A stretch of 64,000 nt of DNA. Source: an uncultured delta proteobacterium. Its GTDB lineage: Bacteria; Myxococcota_A; Polyangia; Polyangiales; B10-G4. The DNA is taken from NCBI GenBank assembly GCA_963727445.1, contig CAVSGI010000004.1:64001-128000 (forward strand), written 5' to 3'. Below are positions 40,608-51,176 of the stretch, in pieces. Both the position numbers and the translations under genes were made by a program. The notes below the pieces were generated by a model. The model was given only the letters and a program-made list of their open reading frames with translations, was not told the DNA's origin and made no database searches. Position 1 is the first letter of the stretch; each line of letters begins with the position of its first letter.

Positions 40608-43032
40608 GCTCGGCGAAGGCCCAGGTCGCAATGATGGCGGCCGAGAGGACCAGAATTTGCAGCGCGCCCAGGCGCGTGAGGCCCAGCAACGAACGCAGCC
40701 CGGGCACGAACAACGTCGCGAGTTGCAGCCCGATGCCGAGGCCGATGCAGACATGCAGCACGACGTTCGTTTTCGGGTGACTGGACCAACGACGCGAAGC
40801 GTACGCGCTGACGAGCTTGGCGACCGACTCGTATAGAAACACGGCGGTCTGGACCGCGATGAGCGTCGCGCCGAGGATGGGGCCCAGGATCAGCAGACTG
40901 ACGCCTACCAGGCCCTTCACCAACCCCGTGCTCATGATGAACCAGCTCGACCCCGGATCGAGCAGGGAGCCGTCTCTGGCGCGGGGGGGACGGCGCATGA
41001 CGTCAGGTGTCCTATCGAGCGCCAGCGCGAGCGCTGGCGGCCCATCTCCCAAGAAGTTGATCCAAAGGAGCTGCAGCGCCGTCAATGGCAGAAGTGTCCC
41101 GCCGGCAAGGTCGCGCTCGCCCTGCGCGAAGTAGAGGATCGCACCGACGACGACCACGAGCACGAGGGCGATGTTGGTGGAGAACGTGAACCGAACGAAG
41201 CTCTGGATGTTTCGGTAGATATTCCTCCCCTCCTCGATCGCCCCGACGATCGAGCCCAGGTCGTCGTCCATGAGCACGAAGTCGGATACCTCCCGTGCGA
41301 CATCGCTCCCGCGACGTCCCATCGCGATGCCCACGTCCGCGCGCTTGAGGGCGGGTGCGTCGTTGACGCCGTCGCCAGTCATCGCGACCACTTCCCCAGC
41401 GTGCCGCAAGGCTTCGACGAGCACGAGTTTCTGCTCGGGGCTCACACGAGCGAAGACCGTGGCTTGTTGAACTGTCTCCTCGAGCTCGTGTTCCGACAGC
41501 GTTTCGAGCTCCGCGCCGGTCACGATTGTTCCCGGGTCCAGTCCCACGGCCTCTGCGACGGTCGCCGCCGTTGCCGGATGATCTCCGGTGATCATCACCA
41601 CGCGCACTCCGGCGTTGCGCGCACCGGCTATCGCTTCGCGAACGCCCGGCCGCGGTGGGTCCCAAAGCGACACGAGGCCGACAAACCGAAGTCCGTCTTC
41701 GCGCTCACCTTCGCCAACGGCAAGCGCGACGACTCGGAATCCACTTCTGGCAGCCGACACCGAGCGCTCCAGCCAGTCTCGTCGTTCATCTTCTGGCAGG
41801 TCGGTGCGCCCGATCACGATCTCTGGAGATCCCTTCACGAAGCTCTGGACCCCTTCGGCGCTCTGCACGGTGACACGCATGAAACCCCAGGCGCTGTCGA
41901 AAGAGCGGCTCGTCGTGCGTACGTTGGCTCGTGACATCGCGTCGAGATCCAGTCCCTGCTTTTCCGCGTAGTCGAGCAAGGCCGTGTCGAGGGGGTCGCC
42001 CGCGCGCGCTGCAATGTCGGCATCGCCTGCCAGGACCATCGCGCGCAGAGCCAGCTCGAGAGCGTCGCTCTCGACGTTCTGGACGACCATGCGGTTTTCC
42101 GTGAGCGTCCCGGTCTTGTCCGTGGCGATGACGGTCACCGAACCCAAGGCCTCCACGGCGCTCAACCGCCGCACCACGGCCTTGTTCTTGGCCATACGGC
42201 GCACTCCGAGCGCGAGTGCGAGCGTCACCATCGCCGGCATGCCCTCGGGAACCGCTGCCACGGCGAGCGCAACGGCAAACAGAATCGCATGATCGATCCG
42301 GTCCCAGCCGTCGACCGCGATGCTGAGCGCGGTCAGTAAGAGCGCGAGCCCCCCGACCCAGAGTGCGACCCGCTGACCGAGTGCTCCGAGACGGCGCTCC
42401 AACGGCGTGGGTTCGGTGTCGATCCCGCTGATCCTCACCGCGAGCTTGCCCATCGTGCTCGAAAGGCCAGTCTCCGTGATCTGAATTCGCCCGGTGCCAC
42501 GGACGGCGAGAGTGCCGCTCAGCACGCGATCGTCCGCCGCCTTCTCGATTGGCAGCGACTCGCCAGTCACGATCGACTCGTCGACGAGCAAGCCGAGCGA
42601 CTCGAGGGCCACGCCGTCAGCGGGCAGGCGTTCCCCGGCTTCCACTCGCACGACGTCGCCCGGCACGAGCTCGCGGCTCGGGCGTCGCGCGAACGCGCCG
42701 TCCCTCAACACCCAGGCCTCGGGAGCGGCCAGGAGCTCCAGCTTGGCCAAGGCGGCTTCCGAGCGGTGCTCCTGAAACGCACCGAGCCCCGCATTCAAGA
42801 GCAAGACCAGGCAGATTCCGAGGGCCTCGAGGGGTACCCCCTCTGCGCCGTGCCACAGCCAGGTCCCGACGTCGAACAGGAGTGCGAAGAGCAGCAGATA
42901 CACCAGCGCGCTGCGAAACTGGCGGAGGAAACGACGAAGGAAGGACGGCGGTGCCACCGTGGGCAAGGCGTTCGGTCCGACATCCGCGAGCAGGCGCGCT
43001 GCGATATCGCTCGACAGGCCCGCAGTCGTCAC
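40504..43032 (-). CDS. Cation-transporting P-type ATPase (P2A-like)
   Basis: [52 protein letters not shown]. Confidence 0.92.
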   Translation of the reverse strand: MTTAGLSSDIAARLLADVGPNALPTVAPPSFLRRFLRQFRSALVYLLLFALLFDVGTWLWHGAEGVPLEALGICLVLLLNAGLGAFQEHRSEAALAKLELLAAPEAWVLRDGAFARRPSRELVPGDVVRVEAGERLPADGVALESLGLLVDESIVTGESLPIEKAADDRVLSGTLAVRGTGRIQITETGLSSTMGKLAVRISGIDTEPTPLERRLGALGQRVALWVGGLALLLTALSIAVDGWDRIDHAILFAVALAVAAVPEGMPAMVTLALALGVRRMAKNKAVVRRLSAVEALGSVTVIATDKTGTLTENRMVVQNVESDALELALRAMVLAGDADIAARAGDPLDTALLDYAEKQGLDLDAMSRANVRTTSRSFDSAWGFMRVTVQSAEGVQSFVKGSPEIVIGRTDLPEDERRDWLERSVSAARSGFRVVALAVGEGEREDGLRFVGLVSLWDPPRPGVREAIAGARNAGVRVVMITGDHPATAATVAEAVGLDPGTIVTGAELETLSEHELEETVQQATVFARVSPEQKLVLVEALRHAGEVVAMTGDGVNDAPALKRADVGIAMGRRGSDVAREVSDFVLMDDDLGSIVGAIEEGRNIYRNIQSFVRFTFSTNIALVLVVVVGAILYFAQGERDLAGGTLLPLTALQLLWINFLGDGPPALALALDRTPDVMRRPPRARDGSLLDPGSSWFIMSTGLVKGLVGVSLLILGPILGATLIAVQTAVFLYESVAKLVSAYASRRWSSHPKTNVVLHVCIGLGIGLQLATLFVPGLRSLLGLTRLGALQILVLSAAIIATWAFAELMGYVLGPGRASVAQPRLPRRLAKIRGRLGRRKR

Positions 43033-43123
43033 GTTGAAGCTTCTTCGTCCACCGCTGTGCCAGCAAAGGCCTCGCGGATGCCGAAGCCCGGTTTCATGGC
43101 TGCGCTCGCCGCCCGCACGACGG

Positions 43124-44269
43124 TCATGTTTCCAACAACACGTCGGTCAGCGCGTCGGTCATGCTTCGAAAGCGCGCTCGGTCGAAGTGGGCCCCACTTG
43201 TCAGCCAATCGACGTGCTTTTCGTCATCGCGCTGGTCGTCCCGAAAGTGACCAACGACGTCGAGGTGGTCGCCCTTGCCGACCCAGACGAGGTCGCCCCA
43301 CAGCATCGACTCGGTCGGCACCACGCCATCGTTCATCGCGTCATCGAGCTCGTGCCCGATCTGCTCGGTCACGAGTTGGGCGGCTTCCGCGGTCGGCGAC
43401 GCGTATGCGTACCGCTCTACCGGGCGCGACACGACCTCGTAGAGTGTCGAGTAGAGTGTCGCGCAGAGCGCGGCGTACGGAGACCGCATCGACATCAGCG
43501 TACGCAACGGGCGCGGGGGCGGAGAGGCGGTCGCGATGCACGCGTATCGTGTCCCGCTGCGGTCCTCGAGCGCCGCGTTGAACATGTCCATCGCCTCCGG
43601 CATGATCTGAACGATCCCGCCCTGATCGGCCCGGATCTCGCCGAACCAGTCGTGCACCTCCCCGCGGGTGCGCTCGCCGATGACCCGGAGCACGAGGCTC
43701 GTCGCACGGTCCAACAGCCGGACATCGAAGCCCATCGCTGTGTCGATCGACCCGATCGCCGCCACCAGGCTGGAAAAAGCGCTGAGAGGCAGCCCCCCCA
43801 GCGATAGCGTGGTCACGGTGAGCAGCGAGATCGCATAGAGCAGACGCGTGCCCGCGGCGGTCGTGAAGAACGCCGCGAGCGGTGTCCCGTAGTGGGGCGT
43901 GTTGATCGTCACGATCGAACGGAGGCGCTTCTGCCACGCGAGGACGTCGGCCGACACGGGCAGGTTCGTCGTGGGCGAAGCGACGAGTCGGGCGTCCAGG
44001 CCCCCGGTCGAGTGGCCCACGATGTGAATGGGTCCGTCGCTTCCGTCCGCGCTCGCCGCGATGGCCGTGGCGACCATCGCGGCTCGGCGCCGCATGGACG
44101 CCGTGGGCGGCGGCGCGAGCACTTCGAGCGCCATGGGGACGCCTTCCGCCACGAAACGCGCCTCGATCGCTCGCGCGACGTGCCCAAAGTAGTCGTATCC
44201 CGCGAGGTGTCCGAAACCGAACATCCCGGACACCAGATAGACGCGATGGGCCGACGCTCTGGAGCTCAT
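43124..44269 (-). CDS. Lipase-like alpha/beta hydrolase
   Basis: IVGHSTGGLDAR nucleophile elbow, TPHYGTPLA, NDGVVP, DHLDVVGH. Confidence 0.85.
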   Translation of the reverse strand: MSSRASAHRVYLVSGMFGFGHLAGYDYFGHVARAIEARFVAEGVPMALEVLAPPPTASMRRRAAMVATAIAASADGSDGPIHIVGHSTGGLDARLVASPTTNLPVSADVLAWQKRLRSIVTINTPHYGTPLAAFFTTAAGTRLLYAISLLTVTTLSLGGLPLSAFSSLVAAIGSIDTAMGFDVRLLDRATSLVLRVIGERTRGEVHDWFGEIRADQGGIVQIMPEAMDMFNAALEDRSGTRYACIATASPPPRPLRTLMSMRSPYAALCATLYSTLYEVVSRPVERYAYASPTAEAAQLVTEQIGHELDDAMNDGVVPTESMLWGDLVWVGKGDHLDVVGHFRDDQRDDEKHVDWLTSGAHFDRARFRSMTDALTDVLLET

Positions 44270-44526
44270 GCGGGCGTGCGCCGTCCCGCGATCGCGTGGT
44301 AGACGATGAGCAGGAGAGCCGCCCCGACGCTCGCGACGAAGATGCTCCAGAGGTTGAAGCCCGTCACCCCCGTCTGGCCGATGAGGTGGAAGGCCCAGCC
44401 TCCAACGAACGCCCCGACGATGCCCAGTACGAGGTCGATCGCGAGCCCCTTGCCGCTGCCGCCGACGAGCTTGCTGGCGATGAACCCCGACAACAGACCG
44501 AGAACTGTCCATGCAATGATCGACAT
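44266..44526 (-). CDS. GlsB/YeaQ/YmgE family stress membrane protein
   Basis: MSIIAWTVLGLLSGFIASKLV...LGIVGAFVGG...GFNLWSIFVASVGA. Confidence 0.92.
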   Translation of the reverse strand: MSIIAWTVLGLLSGFIASKLVGGSGKGLAIDLVLGIVGAFVGGWAFHLIGQTGVTGFNLWSIFVASVGAALLLIVYHAIAGRRTPA

Positions 44527-44596
44527 GTGCTCACCTTCTCGGATCTTCGACGTTCGTGAACGGGTATCGCTCGCGGCGCCTCAATCCGTGCGTTGA

Positions 44597-44977
44597 CTAC
44601 TTGACCTTCGAGCGCTTGGCGCTCTTCACCGCATCCTTGACGACGTGCGTCGCGCGCTTGACGGCGTCACCGACGTCGTGCGCAGCGTGTCTGGCGGCGT
44701 CGCCAACGTCGTGCGCCGCGTGCTTCGCGGCGTCGCCGATGTCGTGTTTCGAGTGTCCTGCCAGGTCGCGCGCTCCCTGGGTCGCGCTCGCCAGCTCGTC
44801 GGCTGCCGCGGTGGCGACGCCCTTCGTGTCACCGGCCGCAGTCTTCAGGACCTTCTTCCCGTCCTTCGCGCCCGCGCGCAACTTCTTCGCCGCGTCGCCG
44901 ATTCCCTTCTTGGCGTTGTTCAGCCCCGTGTTTGCTTGGTCTTTGAGATTGTTCATGCGGCCTCTTTTCTCGTTCAT
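44597..44977 (-). CDS. LEA-like hydrophilic protein with 11-mer repeats
   Basis: HDIGDAAKHAA/HDVGDAARHAA/HDVGDAVKRAT/HVVKDAVKSAK; alternative start MNNLKD. Confidence 0.7.
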   Translation of the reverse strand: MNEKRGRMNNLKDQANTGLNNAKKGIGDAAKKLRAGAKDGKKVLKTAAGDTKGVATAAADELASATQGARDLAGHSKHDIGDAAKHAAHDVGDAARHAAHDVGDAVKRATHVVKDAVKSAKRSKVK

Positions 44978-45133
44978 CAGTCACGTAGTCACGCTTCTGC
45001 TCGCGGCACCCGCAATCATTCGCAGGCTCGAGAGCTCCGCGCTCTTCTCGCCTTCCTGCATGCCATTGCAGCCAGGAACGCCGGCATTCGTCGCGTTCGC
45101 GCCGAGCGACTCTCCGACGCGGTATGATGGGCC

Positions 45134-45703
45134 GTGGTTCGCGAGATGATGGCGCTCATCGCGCTCGGCTTGGTCGGCTGTTCTGTCCAGAGCTCGGCGC
45201 TCGACCCATCGGCGGACGCCAGCGTCACACCCGATATCGGCATGGGCGACGCGCTCACGCCGGACACCGGTGATGCCCTGGCCGTCCGGGATGCCCGGAT
45301 GGACGGCGACGCCCGCGCGATGGATTCGGCCATGTCCGACGCAGGCGCTTCCGATGGCGCTCTCGACACGGCGATCGCCGACGCGACGCCAGACGATGCG
45401 TCATCGCCACCCGACGCATCCGAGACTCCCGACACGGCGGCACCCCCGGACACCTCGCCGCCCCCGAGCTGCGACAGCCTCTTCTCCAGCTTCGTCCCCC
45501 GCTACGAGCTCTGCAGAGACAGCGCGGCCGAGTGCGAGTTCTACACCTACACGGCGGGCGGTCCGAACTGCCGCGAGCTCTGCACGATGGCGGGGCTCAC
45601 CTGCGTGACCTCCTACGCCGAGGGCGCCACCAACTGCACGCGCAGCTCCGACTACGGCTGCGAATACCGGCACACCGACGGCATCTGCATCTGCATGCGC
45701 TGA
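45134..45703 (+). CDS. Lipoprotein with D/A-rich linker and Cys-rich C-terminal domain
   Basis: Lipobox LVGC; C-terminal ~80 aa with many Cys ending GICICMR. Confidence 0.75.
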   Translation: MVREMMALIALGLVGCSVQSSALDPSADASVTPDIGMGDALTPDTGDALAVRDARMDGDARAMDSAMSDAGASDGALDTAIADATPDDASSPPDASETPDTAAPPDTSPPPSCDSLFSSFVPRYELCRDSAAECEFYTYTAGGPNCRELCTMAGLTCVTSYAEGATNCTRSSDYGCEYRHTDGICICMR

Positions 45704-45829
45704 CGCTCGACCCGATCGGAGAAGCCCGACGCCACTCCTGACAGGACGCTGTCATGGGCGCTCGGGCAGATTGCACACAGCTCGCACGACGAGGGGCGTC
45801 GGCGCAGCTCACTCGGAGGAGACAACGAC

Positions 45830-46453
45830 ATGTCCTTGGTTCTGCATTACCACCCGTTTTCCCGCGCAGCGGGCACCCTATGGCAGCTGGAGGAAGTGGG
45901 GGTCGATTACGAGCTGCACTTCGTCGACATACTAGGCGGGGCCCAGAAGTCGCCGGACATCCTCACCCAGAACCCGATGGGGAAGGTGCCGACCCTGGTC
46001 GATGACGGCCTGGTGGTGACCGAATCGGCGGCGATCGGGCTGTATCTCGCCGATCGCTATGCGCCAGGCCGGCTGGCACCGGCGGTCGACGATCCGGCGC
46101 GAGGCACCTATCTGCGCTGGTCCCTCTTCGCCCCTTCGGTCATCGAGCCGGCGGTGATGGCGAAGCTCGGGAAATGGGAGTTCAAGGCGTCCCAGGCTGG
46201 CTGGGGCGAATACGACGCGGTCATCGACTCGATGGAGCACGCCATCGCCGGCGGCCCCTTCCTGCTGGGCGATCGATTCTCGATGGCCGACGTCATCTTC
46301 GGCGGAACATTGCGGTACATGCTGCGCGTCGGCACCATCGAGGCGCGCCCGTCCTTCCTCGCGTACGTCGAGCGTCTCGATGCCCGCCCTGCGCTGCAGC
46401 GCGCCGACGCACGAAACGCCGCCATCACCGAAGAGCGTGGCCTGGGAGGCTGA
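45830..46453 (+). CDS. Glutathione S-transferase family protein
   Basis: HPFSRA, NPMGKVPTL, TESAAIGLYLAD, FLLGDRFSMADV; GGAGG RBS. Confidence 0.93.
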   Translation: MSLVLHYHPFSRAAGTLWQLEEVGVDYELHFVDILGGAQKSPDILTQNPMGKVPTLVDDGLVVTESAAIGLYLADRYAPGRLAPAVDDPARGTYLRWSLFAPSVIEPAVMAKLGKWEFKASQAGWGEYDAVIDSMEHAIAGGPFLLGDRFSMADVIFGGTLRYMLRVGTIEARPSFLAYVERLDARPALQRADARNAAITEERGLGG

Positions 46454-46615
46454 GCCGAAACGAGGGCCGGGTCGCGCTATCTACGTCCGCGCCAGCCCAC
46501 ATCTTCCCCACTCTTTTCCGCAAATCTGCCGCTGTGAACCAAGCGCCACGATGGCCGGCTCGCGGATCGTGAACGTTGGTGTCCAGGCATGCTCGAACAT
46601 GCGCAAATGTGGGTG

Positions 46616-46631
46616 GGGCACACACGTTGCT
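46616..46631 (+). promoter_or_regulatory. Candidate sigma54 promoter upstream of lipoprotein gene
   Basis: GGGCACACACGTTGCT, GG-N10-GC, close to the TGGCAC-N5-TTGCW consensus. Confidence 0.6.
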
Positions 46632-46662
46632 TTGGGAGTCGGGTCTCGTGAAAGGAACCTCG

Positions 46663-47664
46663 ATGACCGCAGTACACCGGCCCGCTCTCCTCCTCGTCCC
46701 TCTCCTCTTGTCGTTCGCGTGCGATGGATCCGTCGATGCGCGGAGCGACGCTGGTGACGCAGCGCTGCCGCGCAGCGACGCCGAATCCTCTTTCGACGAC
46801 GCCAGAGCTCCCGCGGCTGACGCCGGCGCGATGGAGGACGATGGCGGCGGTTCACGGGTCGATGCCGCGGCCGAAGACGCCGCGGCGACGGACGCTGGCC
46901 CCACGCTTGCGAGCGCTTGCGAGGACGCACGGCCGATGGCCATCAACACCGTTTACACGGTTCCCGCGTGGGAAGGAGAGGCGGTCGACGAGTGCTCGCA
47001 CGCCGAGGACGGCGCATCCGTCTACTTCACGGTCGAGGTGCCCGACGGTGCCCACGCCCAGTTCTGGAACGCCGCGCTGCGATACGACTGCGCGAGTTGC
47101 CCGGAGCCCGCCCCCGGCACGCCCTTCGCCGTCGACGACTACTGGGAAAACGAAACGGGGGCTGCGCAGGAGCTCGTGGTGGCGGTCACCGCCGCGCCCC
47201 GGACCGCGCTTCCCGACGGAATGCCGGTCTACGTCGCCGTCGAGCCGAGGGCGACGAACAGCAGCTGTACCACCGCCACGCCCGTGTCGACCCTTCCAAC
47301 CACCCTCGATGGTCTGACCGACGCGCCGCTGACGACACGAGAAGAGCTGCGCTTCAGCTGCCCGACGCCCACCACCTACCCGTCCTTCTCTCGGGCGCAC
47401 TGGTACGCCGTCGACGTACCAGCCGGCCGCACGCTGACCGCCACCACACACGACTACGAGTTCCTCGGCTCCGGTGGGACCCCACCGAGCGTCTACGTCT
47501 TCGACGACTGCGCAGGGACCTGCCTCGCTTCGGCGCAGTTCGTCGACTTCGGAAACCGGCGCGCCGAATTCGCGAACGACGGTGCGAGCACTCGCCGCGT
47601 CTACGTCGCGATCACCGGCCATGGCGCCTACCGATATGGCCTCACGCTGGATCTGGCGCCATAG
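46663..47664 (+). CDS. Lipoprotein with two beta-sandwich (PPC-like) modules
   Basis: Lipobox SFAC; repeated VYFTVEVPDG / HWYAVDVPAG...RRVYVAI modules. Confidence 0.7.
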   Translation: MTAVHRPALLLVPLLLSFACDGSVDARSDAGDAALPRSDAESSFDDARAPAADAGAMEDDGGGSRVDAAAEDAAATDAGPTLASACEDARPMAINTVYTVPAWEGEAVDECSHAEDGASVYFTVEVPDGAHAQFWNAALRYDCASCPEPAPGTPFAVDDYWENETGAAQELVVAVTAAPRTALPDGMPVYVAVEPRATNSSCTTATPVSTLPTTLDGLTDAPLTTREELRFSCPTPTTYPSFSRAHWYAVDVPAGRTLTATTHDYEFLGSGGTPPSVYVFDDCAGTCLASAQFVDFGNRRAEFANDGASTRRVYVAITGHGAYRYGLTLDLAP

Positions 47665-47831
47665 CGCTTCACTCCCCGGTCCCCGGGAAGGTGGCGAGCG
47701 CCAGACCGTGTGGGCCAGCCCAGCGTGGGGCACGCGCCCCAGGGTTGTGGGCGGATGCACACGCGACGCCCGCTTGCGGCCGCCTTCTGCCAAGGATCTC
47801 GCGTCGGCCCGAGCCTTGCTCCACTCGAAGC

Positions 47832-48602
47832 ATGCCCACCCGTCTCGCTCTACGCTCCCTACAGGTCGCAGCGGTCGTCGCGGCCACCTGCTCTGCCGTC
47901 GCACCCGCGCCGGCGTCCGCCCAGGTCGCCTTCGGGTCCTGTGACGGCGCTCAGCCACGCGTCGAGGTCGCGGCCGACCGCGTAGAGACCTGCGGCTTCC
48001 CCGCGATCTCGGACGATGGACGTCGCGTGGCCGTGGTTCGCATGGAACAAGCCGACATGGCGGGCTTCGAAGGGGAGACCGTCGACATTTTCCGCGTACG
48101 CGATGGGCAGCAGCTGCGCACGCTGCCCATCGTTCCCTTCCTGGAGGCGCAGCAGCGATTCGACGCCTCCGCAGCCATGACACCGGCGTACCGGCGCCAG
48201 CTGGAGCGGCGGGCAGAGGTCATCTCCGCGCTTCTTCGGCGGGGGGGCTTCCGACCCATGATCCCGCTCGACTACGACGTGGAACACGAAGACTGGCGAC
48301 GCCCCGGTCTGCGCCTCGCCTGGAGGCCCGGAGGATCGTTCGTCGTGAGAGGCGAGGATGGCCGGACCCTCTTCGAGGAGGCCGCGTCGGCGCCCCCCGT
48401 GCAATCAGTGCCCGAGTCCTCGGACGGCATGTCTTGCGAGAACGAAGAGCGAGTCGGGGGCGTGTGGAGCGGACCCGGCGGCCGCGCGATCGTGATCGAG
48501 CTCCTTCATTGGATCGAAAGTGACGAATGTGGTGGCTATGCCGACGACGCGTACATCGTGCGGCGCCTTCTGGCCAGCGTGGGAGCTTCGCTCCGTGACT
48601 GA
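47832..48602 (+). CDS. Hypothetical secreted protein
   Basis: Signal peptide ending ASA-Q; CGFPAISDDGRRVAV. Confidence 0.7.
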   Translation: MPTRLALRSLQVAAVVAATCSAVAPAPASAQVAFGSCDGAQPRVEVAADRVETCGFPAISDDGRRVAVVRMEQADMAGFEGETVDIFRVRDGQQLRTLPIVPFLEAQQRFDASAAMTPAYRRQLERRAEVISALLRRGGFRPMIPLDYDVEHEDWRRPGLRLAWRPGGSFVVRGEDGRTLFEEAASAPPVQSVPESSDGMSCENEERVGGVWSGPGGRAIVIELLHWIESDECGGYADDAYIVRRLLASVGASLRD

Positions 48603-48636
48603 GCTCCGAGTCGTGCGTTTGGCTATCCTGCGGAAC

Positions 48637-49602
48637 ATGGTCCGAATCCTGCTCGCCGCGCTCACCCTCCTCGTCGCCGTCGGCTGCGACGACGAAGAGA
48701 ACGTCATCCAGCCCCTGGCCGAGGAGGAAGCACCCATCCGTGCACCCGCGCCGCCTCCCAAGATCGCCGACCCCCCGGAGACCCTGCCCCCTTCCACGCC
48801 CGCCCCGGGGAGCGAACCCTTTCCCGAAAGGGCTGGCGAGGATCCGACACGCGCCGAGCTCCTCGACGTCCTGGGAGACGAGGACGATCCCGACGCCCGC
48901 CCGCCGCGGCCGCGGCCGCGCACGCTCGCGGATTGCATCACGGTTGGCTACGAAGACGTCGCCGACCTGACGTCCGCGATGGCCGTAGACCGCGACGGCG
49001 CGCTGATCATCCTGGAGGCCGACGTGGAAGAGAGCGGCCACGGCCAGGTCACGCTCTACCGCTACGACGATGGATCCGAGCGGCAGCTCCTCACGTTTCG
49101 GGGCTGGGGCGCGCCCGTGCCTGCACTGCGGAGGCGCCTGCGCCGATGGGGCCGACTCGAGACACTCCCGAACCTCATCCGAACCCACGCTTACGCCGAG
49201 TTCTCCCTGGACACCTACGCGCCGATGGTCGGGCTCTCGGGGCCGTTGGACGGTTGGGTCGTGTGGCACGAGACCACCGGGATCGCCGAGCGCGAAGAGC
49301 GGCTCCACATCCTGCGCCCCGACGGAAGCGAGTCCCGCACGCTGGCGACGCGCCCTGCGAGCCTCGGCTCCTGCGAGCCGGGCCGCTGGTGTGACATCAA
49401 CGACACCGATCCCGACGCCGAGTGCACCCTCGCGATGCTCGAAGCGGAGGGAGATCTCTGCACCCATCCCGCCGCCATCCACGAGGTCGTGGTCGCCCCG
49501 AGCGGGAAGCTCGTGGTAGCCGGCGACATCATCCATCCCGGCCACGATGGATACTCCCCGTCGCGGTGGGTCGTGGATTTACCGGCGGCGCTCCGGCCCT
49601 GA
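48637..49602 (+). CDS. Hypothetical lipoprotein
   Basis: MVRILLAALTLLVAVG-C lipobox, Pro-rich linker. Confidence 0.7.
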   Translation: MVRILLAALTLLVAVGCDDEENVIQPLAEEEAPIRAPAPPPKIADPPETLPPSTPAPGSEPFPERAGEDPTRAELLDVLGDEDDPDARPPRPRPRTLADCITVGYEDVADLTSAMAVDRDGALIILEADVEESGHGQVTLYRYDDGSERQLLTFRGWGAPVPALRRRLRRWGRLETLPNLIRTHAYAEFSLDTYAPMVGLSGPLDGWVVWHETTGIAEREERLHILRPDGSESRTLATRPASLGSCEPGRWCDINDTDPDAECTLAMLEAEGDLCTHPAAIHEVVVAPSGKLVVAGDIIHPGHDGYSPSRWVVDLPAALRP

Positions 49603-49657
49603 GGGTCGTTCCTCGAGAAGAAGGACGCCTGGGCGGTGCAGAATGTAGTTCGCCTGT

Positions 49658-50291
49658 ATGGTGAACGTCGTGGTGAAGGAGGTCTCGCTCTCGATGCTCG
49701 TCCTGGCGGCGGCGGGGTGCGGCCGGTTGAGCTACGACGCGCTCGGGAGGAGCGCCGATGGATCCGTCGCGGACACGGACGCGGGAGACGCATTCGACGC
49801 GGCCGGGGACGGCGGTGATGCACGGCCCCCGGTGGACTCGGGGGTCCTGCTCGATGCGTCAGCCACGGATGGGACGGCGGGCGACGCGCGGGCGACGCGC
49901 CGACGCGAGCCCGAGCGTCATCTGCACCGACGCCGGCACCACGCGGAAATACTGTTCGACCGAGCTCACTCACGACGAGGCGGCGGCGTTCTGTGCGACG
50001 CAGGGCATGACACTCACGAGCGTCATGAACTCCTCGGACAACGGCAGCATGATCAACGGCGCCATCCTCTTCTCGGGCTATCCGTTCTGGATCGGTCTGG
50101 ACGACATCGAGGTCGAGGGCGATTTCCGCTGGGACGACGGAAGCACACTCCGTTTCACCGGGTGGGACCCAGGGCAGCCGGACGACGCGGGCGGCGCCGA
50201 GGATTGCGTCATCTCGGGCTTCGACATCATGGCCGAAACCTGGGACGACGTGAGCTGCGCCGAAAGGCATTCGTTCGTGTGCGGAGCTTGA
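49658..50291 (+). CDS. Lipoprotein with C-type lectin domain, frameshifted near 49890
   Basis: AAGCGRLSYD lipobox; WIGLDD..EG.F.W.DG...GW..GQPDD.GG.EDC...WDDVSC....FVC. Confidence 0.8.
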
Positions 50292-50303
50292 GAGGGTCGA
50301 TCG

Positions 50304-50798
50304 TCAGCGAACCGGGCGATGCCCGCGCACGCCAGTGAGCCGCGTCGTGTCCACGCGAAGCGTCAGCAGCAGCGTCCAGAGGAGCCGGCAGGTGAAGTGG
50401 TCGGCGCCGAGGGGCTCGCAGTAGCGCTCGAGGGTGGTGGCGGCGTCGTCGTGGGCGAGCTTCTTCGCCATGTCGAGGGCTTCGAGGCGGCTGTGCGCGA
50501 AGCCCTCCTCCTCGGCTCGGTCGAGCTGGCGGACGATGTCGACGTACTCGGTGACGTGTGGGGTGATCGCGCTCTTCGGGATGGCGGCGCGCGCGATCAC
50601 CTCGCCATCTTCGCTGCAGAGGGTGAGGGTGGTGGCCTGTCCGCTGACCGCGACCTCCAGGCGGTGGGCGCGCTCGGGAAAGGTCGCCGCATCGCCGGCG
50701 GAGAGCAGGCCCTGAATCGAGGCGCGCCATTCGCCGCGCCGCGCGGCGTCGGCGTCCTCCCAGGTGCGATCGTCGATGCGGACCTCGGACAGCGACAT
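50304..50798 (-). CDS. UPF0262 family protein
   Basis: EYVDIV...LEALDMAKKLAHDDAA..L...D..TCRLLWTLL resembles the UPF0262 pattern. Confidence 0.7.
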   Translation of the reverse strand: MSLSEVRIDDRTWEDADAARRGEWRASIQGLLSAGDAATFPERAHRLEVAVSGQATTLTLCSEDGEVIARAAIPKSAITPHVTEYVDIVRQLDRAEEEGFAHSRLEALDMAKKLAHDDAATTLERYCEPLGADHFTCRLLWTLLLTLRVDTTRLTGVRGHRPVR

Positions 50799-51157
50799 CA
50801 ACCGAGCTTCTCGCGCCACTCGGCTTCTTTGAAGCCCACCAGCGCGAAACCGTCACCGAGGAAGAGCGGCCGCTTGATCAGCTTTCCATCGGCGGCGAGC
50901 GCCGCGAAGGCTTCGGCGTCGCTCATCTTCGCCAGCTTGTTCTTGTAACCGCCCTGCCGATAGGACTGCCCGCTGGTGTTGAACATCTTTGCGATCGGCA
51001 CGCCGGCGAGCTTCTGGATCTTCTCGAGCTTCGTCACCGACGGGGGCTTGTCGACGATGTCGATGGCGGTGTGATCCACCTCTCGTGTGGCGAGCCACTT
51101 GGTCGCCTTCCGGCAGGTGCTGCACTTCGGATACTGGTAGAGCTCGTTCTTGGCCAC
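50798..51157 (-). CDS. ArsC/Spx/YffB family protein
   Basis: YPKCSTCRKA, FNTSGQSYR, LIKRP, VGFKE. Confidence 0.9.
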   Translation of the reverse strand: MAKNELYQYPKCSTCRKATKWLATREVDHTAIDIVDKPPSVTKLEKIQKLAGVPIAKMFNTSGQSYRQGGYKNKLAKMSDAEAFAALAADGKLIKRPLFLGDGFALVGFKEAEWREKLG

Positions 51158-51176
51158 GGAGGTGCTTCTAGCACGA

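Noticed and set aside
43040..43085. Sigma54-like element upstream of the P-type ATPase
   Set aside because: The best TGGCAC match lacks the -12 GC and the alternative GG-N10-GC match is poor
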